Source of the DNA: Acidimicrobiia bacterium
GTDB taxonomy: Bacteria; Actinomycetota; Acidimicrobiia; IMCC26256; JAGNEX01
Assembly: GCA_020637365.1 (NCBI GenBank)
Contig: JACJWE010000002.1
Coordinates: 280,499-344,498, forward strand
DNA length: 64,000 nucleotides
Direction of reading: 5' to 3'
The number at the start of each line of letters is the position of its first letter. Positions within the stretch are counted from its first letter, which is position 1. This document shows positions 28,212 to 38,047 of the stretch, piece after piece. The notes beneath the pieces are model-generated. The model was not told the DNA's origin and made no database searches. It saw only the letters and a program-made list of their open reading frames with translations. The translations under genes and the position numbers were made by a program.

Positions 28212-29213
28212 CTACTCAGGGGTTGAGACTCCCCAGCGCTCGCCGACGCCGCCATCCCCGTCGAGGAGCGCCACCAGTTCGGGTGAGGGCCGTTCAACGA
28301 GTTTGAGAGCCTCTCGGGCAAGCGCCCTGTATGAGCTGCGTTCATCGGCGGGGAGGGCATCGAGGTGGCGTGCGACCGTTTCGACATCGCCGCGAGCCAC
28401 CGGTCCCGTCAGTGCCGCCTCCGGCCCCAGATCGAACGCATTCGTGAGCGCCTCGAAGGCGAGTGGACGAAATACCTCGATCGGCGCGCCCACCTCAGCC
28501 GCCAACCTGGCCAGTTGACCCATCAGAGCGACCACGTGGTTGGACGCTAGGACGGCGCCTGCGTGGTACAGGGCTCGGTCGCCGACTTCGAACGCGATTC
28601 CGCCTAGTCGGTCGACAAGGGCGGTCAGCTCGACGATCGGCCCCTCCACGGCGAAGCCAGCACCGACCAACCGTTCCGCGTCATCGCGGCGACCTGGCAG
28701 GGTCTGGAGCGGATGTATCGAACCAACCCGCACATCGGGCCGACGTTCAAGCAGCCGGTCAAAGACGTCCAGCCCTGTAGCCCCGCTGCAATGAATAGCC
28801 AGGGCACCCGTGGTCAGCGAGGTAGCCAGACGGAGGGCGACATCTCCAATGATGGCGTCGGGGACCGCCAACACGACGAGGCCGACGTCCGCTCCGGCCT
28901 GTTCGACGCTGACCGGTCGCGCCCCAAGCTCGGCGGCAGCAGCAATCACAGCCGCGTCGCCTGGTGCTCGTCCGGCGACGTTGACGATCCGCAGACCGGA
29001 TTGGGTCAAACCGTTCGCCAGGGCCATCCCAGCACGCCCCGGTCCGATCAAGGCGATGCTCTGCAGCTTCTGATCGAACCCTGAGCCAGGCTCGCCAGAG
29101 GGCGGAGATCCAGAGGGCGGAGATCCAGAGTCCCATGCCCCTGAGCCCACCGCTCCCGATCGGAGCCGACGGGCGGCATCGCCACCGGGGATTTCTTGTG
29201 CGTCGTCGCTCAT
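28212..29213 (-). CDS. Rossmann-fold / DUF2520-like putative oxidoreductase located between folK and panC
   Basis: IALIGPGRAGMALANGL is a dinucleotide-binding motif. Its position matches the conserved hypothetical gene of the actinobacterial fol-pan cluster. The N-terminus has a GSPPS repeat. Confidence 0.6.
   Translation of the reverse strand: MSDDAQEIPGGDAARRLRSGAVGSGAWDSGSPPSGSPPSGEPGSGFDQKLQSIALIGPGRAGMALANGLTQSGLRIVNVAGRAPGDAAVIAAAAELGARPVSVEQAGADVGLVVLAVPDAIIGDVALRLATSLTTGALAIHCSGATGLDVFDRLLERRPDVRVGSIHPLQTLPGRRDDAERLVGAGFAVEGPIVELTALVDRLGGIAFEVGDRALYHAGAVLASNHVVALMGQLARLAAEVGAPIEVFRPLAFEALTNAFDLGPEAALTGPVARGDVETVARHLDALPADERSSYRALAREALKLVERPSPELVALLDGDGGVGERWGVSTPE
29101..29130. repeat. 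15-bp tandem repeat x2 (ggcggagatccagag), encoding SGSPP x2
   Basis: Perfect tandem, preceded by a related partial unit. Confidence 0.85.
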
Positions 29214-29270
29214 AGACAGGCTTCAGTCCTCACCTAGGACTCGCCCAAAGAGGCGAGACCCGAACCGCAG

Positions 29271-29765
29271 CTACCGGGTCGGACCGACCTTGGCGCCCAC
29301 GACCAGGGAGATATCGGTCGGACGCACGCCGGGCCAGTTTCCTCGGTTTTGGACGAGGTGGGGTGCGACGTCTCGGAGGGGTGCCAGGACGAACCCGCGC
29401 TCTTCGATCCGGGGATGCGGTATCACCAACTCGGGGGTATCGATCCGCTCGTCCCCCAAATACAAGACGTCCACATCGAGGGTGCGTGGCCCCCAACGTT
29501 CGGCGCGTACCCGCCCAGCGAGATCTTCCTGTTCTTGACAGGCTCGAAGGAGCGACAATGCGTCGAGTGAGGTTTGTACCTCGAGGACCGCATTCAAAAA
29601 GTCGGGTTGATCGGGGCCTATCGGATCGGTTTCGTACACCTTGGACGACGCCACAACGTCAACATCGCTATGGCGACCAAGGCCGTTGATCGCCCTTTGG
29701 AGGTGGGCCGTTCGATCACCCAAGTTCGATCCGAGCGCGAGATAAGCGACCCGCCTACCGGTCAT
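29271..29765 (-). CDS. folK: 2-amino-4-hydroxy-6-hydroxymethyldihydropteridine diphosphokinase
   Basis: AYLALGSNLGDR...DPIGPDQPDFLN...RWGPRTLDVD. It has an ATGA overlap with folB. Confidence 0.93.
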   Translation of the reverse strand: MTGRRVAYLALGSNLGDRTAHLQRAINGLGRHSDVDVVASSKVYETDPIGPDQPDFLNAVLEVQTSLDALSLLRACQEQEDLAGRVRAERWGPRTLDVDVLYLGDERIDTPELVIPHPRIEERGFVLAPLRDVAPHLVQNRGNWPGVRPTDISLVVGAKVGPTR

Positions 29766-30142
29766 AGGTGACCGTCCGTTTGAGAGATTCGATGGACTTC
29801 AACCGAAACCGCATGGACATCGGCTGGCAGTGGTGGCCGCACCTTGGTGACGCGAACGGTCACTTCGGCGACGCGGCTGTGGCTCAGACATACGCTGGCG
29901 ATTTCGGCAGCAAGGGTCTCGATGAGGTCCCGATGCTTGCCGGAGATGATCCCGACGACCTGTTCGGTGACCTCGCCGTAGTCGACGGTGTCGTCGAGAT
30001 TGTCGGATCGTCCTGCGGGGCCAAGATCGACGCCGAGGGTCACGTCGACCTGAAATGGTTGAGCCCGCCCACGTTCCTCTGGGAGGATCCCGTGGGTTCC
30101 AAGTGCTCTGATGCCGTCGATGCGGATCTCATCCACGCCCAC
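29762..30142 (-). CDS. folB: Dihydroneopterin aldolase
   Basis: 126 aa. ...GTHGILPEERGRAQPFQVDV...DDTVDYG... Confidence 0.9.
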   Translation of the reverse strand: MGVDEIRIDGIRALGTHGILPEERGRAQPFQVDVTLGVDLGPAGRSDNLDDTVDYGEVTEQVVGIISGKHRDLIETLAAEIASVCLSHSRVAEVTVRVTKVRPPLPADVHAVSVEVHRISQTDGHL

Positions 30143-30526
30143 AAGTTAGAGGGTCGAGGTTCGGAAATGACAAGTCAATGCCAGGGAATTGCCGCGCTGC
30201 GACCAGTGACTCGGATCATGACGTCCCCTGCCGAGGACCGCGACGAGGACACCTGTGGTGACTTAGCTAGCCTCTGAGCGCTTGAGTCCGACCTGTGGCG
30301 GAGGCTCGCTCTGCATCTCTCATCCCTTTTGGCTCGCTGGCGCCTACTGGCTCGGCGGCATCTTCTGAAAAGGTGGCGGCCCGGCACCGCTCAACAGACC
30401 ATGCACCGGCGTCTCATCGCTGCAGTGGTCGCCGGAGCGTTGTTGGGTGTGTGACCGCGTGTCAGACCGGGTCGGAACCGTCGCCGCGCGGTCCAGTCGC
30501 TGGTACAAGCGGTACCCAGCGCGATC

Positions 30527-31360
30527 TTGACCGTCGGTTCGTACGCCACCGAGTTTCGCTATCAGGTCGAGGCGAATGATGCCGAGAACACCGTCATCGG
30601 TTTTGAAGGTTCGGGAATCTACGACGTGGCCATGGGCCGGGGATCGATGCAGTACCGCTTCGACCACCACTCCTCCGAGAGCGATGGCGTGATCTCGATG
30701 GAGGCGGTGCACGACGGGGAGACGATCCTCATTTCGCCCGACATCTCGCTGAGCCTCATGGATCAACCCCTCGACCTGCGGTTGTGGATCCCCATCCCCA
30801 TCGACGATGGATTCTCCCTCGACCTGGGGCTCAACCTGCTCAAACCGGCAGTCGATCTCGAACAGCCGTTTACCCAGGTACGCCAACACGACCCGACGAG
30901 GACGCTGACCGTCCTCTACGGCGTGACCGACGATGCTGAAGTTGTCGACCGGGCCCGCATCAAGGGCGTCAAAACGACCCACTATCGGGCGACGACGTCC
31001 CTTGACGAAGCGCTCGACAACTGGGAAGGGACATCGGAGGACCGCTCGGTCTTTGAGCTCACCACCAAAGGGATCGAAGATGAGTTCGGTGTGACGAGCT
31101 ATCCAGTCGATATCTGGCTATCCGATGATGGTCTGCCGATGCGCATCTCATACCGGATCGCCAGCCCCGAACCCGGTGGACCGATCGTCACCTTTACCCA
31201 GGACATGTTCGACTTCGGCAAGCCGGTCAATGTCGAGGTACCAGAACCTTCGGGAAGCTTTGGCGAAGCAGTCGCCGATGCGTTCCAAGAGATCATGGGC
31301 ATCAACAGCGCGGCAGCCGGTGTCGACATCACCACATCGACAGGGCCGCTACAGCGGTAG
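30527..31360 (+). CDS. Hypothetical secreted/lipoprotein-like protein. Its signal peptide appears stranded upstream by frameshifts.
   Basis: The 277-aa ORF has no recognised motif. A lipoprotein signal (MHRRLIAAVVAGALLG then CVTAC) starts at ATG 30401, but it is split over two frames. Confidence 0.55.
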   Translation: MTVGSYATEFRYQVEANDAENTVIGFEGSGIYDVAMGRGSMQYRFDHHSSESDGVISMEAVHDGETILISPDISLSLMDQPLDLRLWIPIPIDDGFSLDLGLNLLKPAVDLEQPFTQVRQHDPTRTLTVLYGVTDDAEVVDRARIKGVKTTHYRATTSLDEALDNWEGTSEDRSVFELTTKGIEDEFGVTSYPVDIWLSDDGLPMRISYRIASPEPGGPIVTFTQDMFDFGKPVNVEVPEPSGSFGEAVADAFQEIMGINSAAAGVDITTSTGPLQR

Positions 31361-31500
31361 GTGTCCGGTGTTTGACGTTCGGTGTGCGGGTTGGCTCCGC
31401 GCGAACGCACCATGAACGGTGCGTTGAGGTTTGATTGAGTGTGTGAGTTCCTTGCGCTCCGCTATCGGGCCCTGGTGCTCATTTCCATACAATCGAGCAA

Positions 31501-32940
31501 ATGCGCCGCAACACAAAGGTCGTAGCAACGATCGGTCCCGCCACTGACGAACCCAGCACGATCGCCGAGCTGGCCGAGGCGGGCGTCAACGTGTTTCGAG
31601 TCAACTTTGCCCATGGCTCCCACGAAGAGCAGGCGCAGCGCATTAAACGCATCCGAGAGGCATGTCGCTCGGCCCGAACCCCGGTAGGCATCCTCGCCGA
31701 TCTTCCCGGCCCCAAGATGAGGACCGGGCTGCTGGCGTCCAAAGAGGTGCGACTCGTTGCGGGTGACGAACTCGTCCTCACCTCCGAGGACATTCTCGGT
31801 ACCGCTGAGCGGATCTCGACATCACTCGAAGATCTGAGCCAGATGGTCCAGCCCGGCGACCCTGTCATGTTGGCCGACGGCCGGATCGTTGCCGAGGTAA
31901 TCGGTATCGACGGTGACGATGTCGTCACCCGTATCACCCGGTCGGGATGGCTGCAGTCCCGAAAAGGTATGCACCTCCCGCACTCAGAAGCCCAGGTGGA
32001 AGCGTTTACGCCATCGGATCGCGCAGCGCTTGAAGTCGCCGTCGAATCCGAAGTCGACCTGGTCGGACTCTCGTTCGTACGCGATGCCGACGATATTCGC
32101 CGCGCGCAGCGGGCCCTTCCTAAGCGGGGTTCACGTCCGCTCCTCGTGGCGAAGATCGAAACGCGAGCTGCGGTCGACAACCTCGACGAGATCGTCCAGG
32201 TCGCATCGGTCGTCATGGTCGCTCGTGGTGATCTGGGTATTCAGATGGGCCTTTCCGAAGTGCCCATGCTTCAAAAGCGAATTATCCGGCGCTGCAACCA
32301 GATGGGTACACCGGTGATCACCGCGACCCAAATGCTTGAATCCATGACCCGGTCGCCCATGCCGACCCGAGCCGAAGTCGCCGATGTAGCCAACGCCGTC
32401 CTCGACGGTACCGACGCGTTGATGCTGAGTGAAGAGACCGCCATCGGTGCCTATCCAGTGGCGGCGGTCAAGTTGATGAGTGAGGTGGCCGAGGCAGCCG
32501 AACAAGAGCTGCAATACTCAGCTGACTGGTCGCTTGAAGATCATCACATCGATCGCGTGTCTTGGGCGGTGGCGCATGCAGCGGTACGAGCAGCATCCGA
32601 TCTTCGGGTAGCTGCGATCTTGTGCCCGACACGGTCCGGTGCCACGGCACGAAAAGTGGCTGCATTCCGTCCGCCGGTCACCGTCATTGGACTCGCCGCT
32701 CGATCAGACACCCTGGGATCGATGGCGATTACGTGGGGGGTTCGTCCGCTCTTTTCCGCCGCGGCAAACACCGATGAGGTCGACGTCAACAAGATCATGC
32801 AGTCGGTCATCGACGCCGGGGAGATTGAGATCGGCGATTTGGTCGCTATCGTCGCTGGGGGTGAAGGACCCCGAGCCGGGGCAACCGACTACATGCGAAT
32901 CTTGCGTGTCGATGGGACACGGGTAGGTTTCCGCCGCTAG
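31501..32940 (+). CDS. pyk: Pyruvate kinase
   Basis: RNTKVVATIGPAT...GVNVFRVNFAHG...MVARGDLG...ATQMLESM. Confidence 0.96.
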   Translation: MRRNTKVVATIGPATDEPSTIAELAEAGVNVFRVNFAHGSHEEQAQRIKRIREACRSARTPVGILADLPGPKMRTGLLASKEVRLVAGDELVLTSEDILGTAERISTSLEDLSQMVQPGDPVMLADGRIVAEVIGIDGDDVVTRITRSGWLQSRKGMHLPHSEAQVEAFTPSDRAALEVAVESEVDLVGLSFVRDADDIRRAQRALPKRGSRPLLVAKIETRAAVDNLDEIVQVASVVMVARGDLGIQMGLSEVPMLQKRIIRRCNQMGTPVITATQMLESMTRSPMPTRAEVADVANAVLDGTDALMLSEETAIGAYPVAAVKLMSEVAEAAEQELQYSADWSLEDHHIDRVSWAVAHAAVRAASDLRVAAILCPTRSGATARKVAAFRPPVTVIGLAARSDTLGSMAITWGVRPLFSAAANTDEVDVNKIMQSVIDAGEIEIGDLVAIVAGGEGPRAGATDYMRILRVDGTRVGFRR

Positions 32941-32975
32941 CGCTGCGCATGAGCGACGCGTGACCGGAGCGACGG

Positions 32976-33575
32976 TCAGGCGTCGGGCAGCAACAGTTCG
33001 ACGTCGTCGTCGAGCACCGCGGACAAGTCATCGTCAACGATCACGTCGCTGACATCAAATGACTCGGGCGCTTCGGTGGGGATCTCTGCGGAAAGCGCGA
33101 CGACGTTGCGACCCAGACTTCCGAGCTGGCGACCCATCAGCTGTTCGACCGCGATGATTGCGTGAGACGGCTTTTCCAGATAGCCAGCCCATAACAGATA
33201 GCCAGCGATCGCACCGCAGAGTTCATCATCGACGGTCTCGTGGTGGATCAGGATCCGTTCGTCAGTTTCGGAGAGCCACTGGCGAAGAGTCAAAAAAATC
33301 GCTTGGAGATGCCGCGGACGGTCGGCCGGTGGGCCGATTTCGATGCGCTTGTAGCGCAAGGCACGATCGCGGTACGCCTTGAGGTTGTGCGGTGATGGCA
33401 GCAGGGAGAGCACCAACGTGAACTGCTGCTGTACAAGCCATTGGATCTCTTCATCTCGGCGCACGCGTCGGTGATTCCGACCGTACCCGCCAGGGCGTTC
33501 GGACGCTGCGAGACGATCAGTGATCACCCAGCGGAACCCTCGCGGCTCAAGTCCGTGAGCCCATTTACCCTTCAT
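32976..33575 (-). CDS. Hypothetical protein, possibly a dual-specificity-phosphatase-like fold without a CX5R motif
   Basis: 199 aa, overlapping the folP stop by 11 nt. ILIHHETVDDELCGAIAGYLLWAGYL aligns by eye where HCxxGxxR would sit. This is a weak call. Confidence 0.35.
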   Translation of the reverse strand: MKGKWAHGLEPRGFRWVITDRLAASERPGGYGRNHRRVRRDEEIQWLVQQQFTLVLSLLPSPHNLKAYRDRALRYKRIEIGPPADRPRHLQAIFLTLRQWLSETDERILIHHETVDDELCGAIAGYLLWAGYLEKPSHAIIAVEQLMGRQLGSLGRNVVALSAEIPTEAPESFDVSDVIVDDDLSAVLDDDVELLLPDA

Positions 33576-34497
33576 TCCGACCTCCTGAAGAAGGCTCGCG
33601 CCGTTCAGCCACCGAGTTCTTCACCTTTGCACTATCCACAGCGTCCATGAGCGCCAGGGCACGACACGCCATTTCTACATCATGCACGCGCACGACGGAT
33701 GCACCAATTTGGGCGCCCCAGACCACGGTGGCAAGCGTCGCTTCATCGCGATTGTCTACATCGAGCCCTAGCGCAGCGCCAATAAAAGACTTTCTTGAGG
33801 CTCCAAGCAAAACCGGCGTCTGTACGTTGGCTCGAAGTTGATCCAAACAGGCGATGAGGCTCAGGTTGTGTTGAAGGGTTTTACCAAACCCAATTCCGGG
33901 ATCGACCAGAAGTCTTGTTGGCGAAATCCCAGCCTCGACCGCGGCAGCAACACGTGTCTGAAGGTAGTCCGATACTTCTGCAATGACATCGTCATAGCGG
34001 GGACCGTTCTGCATTGTCTGAGGGGTCCCCTGCATATGCATGAGCACAATGTCGACCGATCGCTGGTGGGCCAGCGCCAGAATTTCGGGTTCGTGGGTCC
34101 CAGCGGAGATGTCGTTGATCATCGTCGCACCAGCGTCCAGAGCCGCTTCAGCGACCGCAGCACTCGTCGTGTCGATACTGATGGCGACGTGTTCCTGACC
34201 CGAGGACCCCAACGCATCAGCGAGATCGGCAATGACGGGCGCGGTCCGTTCGATCTGCAGGTCAGGACCCACTTCCACAGCGCCTGGACGTGTGGATGCG
34301 CCACCGACATCGATGATCCGAGCGCCCAGCTGAACCATGTCGAGCCCTCGCTTGACCGCCTGACGACGTTCGACGTACAACCCGCCATCCGAAAAGGAGT
34401 CCGGGGTGACGTTCAGCACGCCCATCACCGCGACATGGCCGTCGTTCAGACTCCAATGAGGCCGTGTCACGGGTTGACTGTCAGCCTGGCCAGCCAC
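33565..34497 (-). CDS. folP: Dihydropteroate synthase
   Basis: VMGVLNVTPDSFSDGG...IDVGGASTRPG...DPGIGFGK. Confidence 0.95.
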   Translation of the reverse strand: MAGQADSQPVTRPHWSLNDGHVAVMGVLNVTPDSFSDGGLYVERRQAVKRGLDMVQLGARIIDVGGASTRPGAVEVGPDLQIERTAPVIADLADALGSSGQEHVAISIDTTSAAVAEAALDAGATMINDISAGTHEPEILALAHQRSVDIVLMHMQGTPQTMQNGPRYDDVIAEVSDYLQTRVAAAVEAGISPTRLLVDPGIGFGKTLQHNLSLIACLDQLRANVQTPVLLGASRKSFIGAALGLDVDNRDEATLATVVWGAQIGASVVRVHDVEMACRALALMDAVDSAKVKNSVAERREPSSGGRNEG

Positions 34498-34503
34498 CTA
34501 CTG

Positions 34504-35160
34504 CTACCGACCAATCGCGGCGTGGGTCATCAAACTCATCGCCTCGGCCCGGGTTGCTGCGTTCGTTTCAAAGACGCCCCGAACCGACGATGTCACCGTG
34601 CGCGAACCGGGTTTGCGAACCCCCCGCATCGACATGCAGAGGTGTTCTGCTTCGATGACGACGAGCGATCCCGCAGGCGCCAGCCGGTCCTCGATCGCCT
34701 CGACGATCTGGGTGGTTAAACGTTCCTGGACCTGGGGCCGTTTCGCAAAGGTATCGACCATCCGAGCCAGTTTGGAGAGACCGGTAATTCGGCCGGATTC
34801 GCCGGGGATATAGGCGACGTGGGCGGCACCGAAAAAGGGCGCAAAATGGTGTTCGCACATCGAGTACATCGGAATATCGCGCACCATCACGATTTCGCGA
34901 TGAGACTCCTCGAACTGAACGTTTAGGTGCGCGGCTGCATCGGTGTGAAGACCAGAAAAGATCTCCTCGTACATTTCCGCGATGCGGCGCGGCGTCTGCG
35001 CTAAACCGTCGCGCTCAGGGTCCTCACCGATAGCGAGAAGAATCTCCCTGACAGCGGCCTGGATGCGCGGCTTGTCGATCATTGCTGCCACCATCTCCTC
35101 AAAAGCATCAGCGGACAGAAACTGGCGTGCTCGGCGTTCGGCTGCGGTATCCCCGCTCAT
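34504..35160 (-). CDS. folE: GTP cyclohydrolase I
   Basis: ...[12 protein letters not shown]...[20 protein letters not shown]...GLSK. The start is taken at the internal ATG 35160. Confidence 0.93.
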   Translation of the reverse strand: MSGDTAAERRARQFLSADAFEEMVAAMIDKPRIQAAVREILLAIGEDPERDGLAQTPRRIAEMYEEIFSGLHTDAAAHLNVQFEESHREIVMVRDIPMYSMCEHHFAPFFGAAHVAYIPGESGRITGLSKLARMVDTFAKRPQVQERLTTQIVEAIEDRLAPAGSLVVIEAEHLCMSMRGVRKPGSRTVTSSVRGVFETNAATRAEAMSLMTHAAIGR

Positions 35161-35259
35161 GACGCGTTTGCGGCGGTCGCTCAACCCCGGTCGCGGGCAC
35201 ACGCCGAGTTTGGCCCGCATCCCGGAACTGGATCATGGACGACAGGGCGATGGAGCCGC

Positions 35260-37178
35260 CTATGACAGGTCGTCGGACTCGTCAGGGAACATTGCCGTCG
35301 GCGCCGTTGCCGAGGTGATCACACCATCGACCGCACCGTTGTTCAACGCTGCGGGTGCCACATGACCCGACGTCCACGGCGTCACCGTCGCAAAGAGGCG
35401 TTCGACCTCTTCTCGTTCGATCGTTTCGTCAGCGATGAGATGTTCAGCGAGCTGGTCGAGCACTTCGTGATAGTGGGTGAGGATGTTCCGTGCCGTCGAA
35501 TGCGCCTGCTCCATCAACAAGCGCACTTCGCTGTCGATGCGGGCTGCCACCTCGTCGGAATAGTCCGGCTGGGAGGAGAAGTCACGGCCGAGGAACACCT
35601 CGCCATCGCCGGACTGGCCAAAGCGGATCGGGCCGAGCGCGTCGCTCATACCGAACTCGGTCACCATCTGGCGAGCGATGCTCGTCGCCTTTTGAATGTC
35701 GTCCTGCGCACCGGTCGTCGGCTCTTCGAAAATCAGCTCTTCGGCGGTACGTCCGCCGAGCATCATCGCCAAACGATCGCGAAGTTCAGAGCGAGTGACC
35801 AGGTAGCGATCTTGTTCGGGCAGCGTCAGCGTCCAACCGAGGGCACGACCGCGGGGAATGATCGAAATTTTGTGAACCGGGTCGGCGTGCGGAAGGGCGT
35901 GTCCAACGAGGGCGTGGCCGCCTTCGTGAAAGGCGATCACGCGCTTTTCTTCTTCGGACATGACACGGCTCTTGCGCTCAGGGCCAGCCATCACCCGGTC
36001 GATCGCCTCTTCCATGTCGGCGGTCGTCACCAACGAACGACCCTCGCGCGCGGTGAGCAATGCCGCCTCGTTCATCAGGTTCGCGAGGTCTGCACCGGTG
36101 AAACCGGGCGTCCGTCGGGCAATGATGTCGAGGTCGACGCTCGGGTGCAGCGGTTTGCCCTTTGAATGCACCTCAAGGATCGCGCGACGACCCTTGAGGT
36201 CGGGCCGGTCGACGACGATCTGACGGTCAAATCGACCCGGACGCAACAAGGCAGGGTCGAGGATATCGGGACGGTTGGTCGCAGCGATCAGGATGACGCC
36301 TGAATTGGTGTCGAATCCGTCCATCTCAACGAGCAACTGGTTGAGCGTTTGTTCACGTTCGTCGTGACCACCGCCGAGTCCGGCTCCTCGATGACGGCCG
36401 ACAGCATCGATCTCGTCAACGAAAACGATCGCGGGGGCGTTCGCCTTTGCCTGCTCAAACAGGTCGCGGACTCGGCTCGCTCCGACACCGACGAACATCT
36501 CGACGAAGTCTGAACCCGAGATCGAAAAGAAGGGGACACCAGCTTCACCAGCGACGGCCCGAGCGAGGAGCGTCTTACCGGTCCCCGGAGGCCCGAAGAG
36601 CAACACGCCCTTGGGAATCTTGGCGCCCATCTGTTGGAATTTGCCGGGATCGGCCAGGAAATCGCGAATCTCTTTGAGCTCTTCGACCGCTTCGTCGGCA
36701 CCGGCGACGTCCGCGAAGGTCACCTCGGGAGCGTCCTTATTGGCCATCTTGGCGCGTGCCTTGCCGAAACTCATCACACGGGACGAGCCGCCCTGCATCT
36801 GGTTCATCACGAAAAAGAAGATGCCGACGATGAAGAGGAAGGGCAACAGGTTGAACAGCAGGCTCACCCAAATGTTGTCGCTGTCCTTGGTCGTCGTGAT
36901 GTCTTTGACATCGTTGTTGACGAGCAATTCGCGGTAGTACTCAGTCGAGTCACCCGGAATGTCGACCCGGTAGTCCTGATCGTCGGTCGTCGTCCCCTTA
37001 ATCGTCGGACGTACCGTACGATCGACGATCTCCGCTTTGTCGATCTGGCCTTCGGAGATCTTCTGCTCAAACTCGACCAGGGTGAATTCTTCGGGCTCGT
37101 CGCTCTGATTGACGGTTTGGGAGCGATGAAGCCAAGCACCAGAGCCACAGCGACCCAAATGCCCGGGCGCGTTTCCAC
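35260..37178 (-). CDS. ftsH: ATP-dependent zinc metalloprotease FtsH. The N-terminal TM1 lies in another frame, with an apparent 1-nt indel at 37116-37118.
   Basis: [11 protein letters not shown], the SRH region, HEGGHA zinc site and TM2 ([18 protein letters not shown]) are present. TM1 ([16 protein letters not shown]) starts from GTG 37178 and is encoded in the -1 frame relative to the rest. Confidence 0.93.
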
Positions 37179-37263
37179 TTACCGATTCCGTCACCAATGT
37201 TCTTTTCGGGTTCCACAGGTTTTGTTTGTCCCTATCACTCGGGGACTGCCCGACCGGGTGGTC

Positions 37264-37797
37264 CTAGTCGGTTTCGGGCAGGTACTGCACGATGTTCGGC
37301 AGATTTCGAAATCGCTCGTCGGCGTCCAAACCGTAACCAACGACAAAAAGTCCGGGATCTTGAATCCGACGTACGCGATGTTGCCGTCTCGGTCAGGGAT
37401 GTCTTTGCGTAAAAGCGTACACACAGCCAGGCTCGCTGGATGGCGCGCTTTCAACATTCGTTGCAAATAGGCAAGCGTCAGACCGCTATCAACAATGTCC
37501 TCAACGATCAACACATGTCGATCGGTGATATCGATATCAACATCCTTGATGATACGCACGACGCCGCTGGAGGTGACCTGAGATCCATAGGACGAAACCG
37601 CCATGAATTCGGTCTCCACCGGGATATCGACCGCGCGGAGCAGGTCGGCCATGAACACAAAGCCGCCCTTGAGAACGCAGATGCAAACAGGGTCGCGCCC
37701 CCGCGTAGTCGGTGCTGATCTGCGCGCCCATCTCGGCGACCCGGGCTTGAATCTCGTCCGCCGAGATGACCTCGGCCCCCAGATGCGTTTGCTCCAT
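37264..37797 (-). pseudogene. hpt: Hypoxanthine phosphoribosyltransferase, interrupted by two homopolymer frameshifts (possibly assembly errors)
   Basis: The core is [14 protein letters not shown]...[14 protein letters not shown]. The N-terminus ([20 protein letters not shown]...DYAG) and C-terminus ([27 protein letters not shown]) are in other frames. The frame switches occur at C5 37698-37702 and A5 37345-37349 (plus-strand runs). Confidence 0.85.
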
Positions 37798-38047
37798 TGG
37801 ACCGAAGGCTCCCTCAAGGTGACCCACGACGTGAGTCTGACATGTATGTCGGCCTGCTTGTGCAGGAACGGTCTCGGCCGAATCGTCTGAACGCTTGTGG
37901 GTGCGGTTTGCAGGCGCAATATCTGACCCGACTACCTGTTCCACAGCGGCGGAGGATACCGCGGTTGCCCCGCACGGCGCTTGCCGGAGCCTGCATGTTG
38001 AACCGCAAACCCCTGGGCATCGACGCCGATGCACGCTGCTCGCTGCG

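Noticed and set aside
30452-30454. In-frame TGA after the lipoprotein signal peptide, considered as possible selenocysteine or programmed recoding
   Set aside because: I see no SECIS-like hairpin. The lipobox Cys is present in the adjacent frame. A 1-nt change in a G-run repairs it, like the other homopolymer-linked disruptions.
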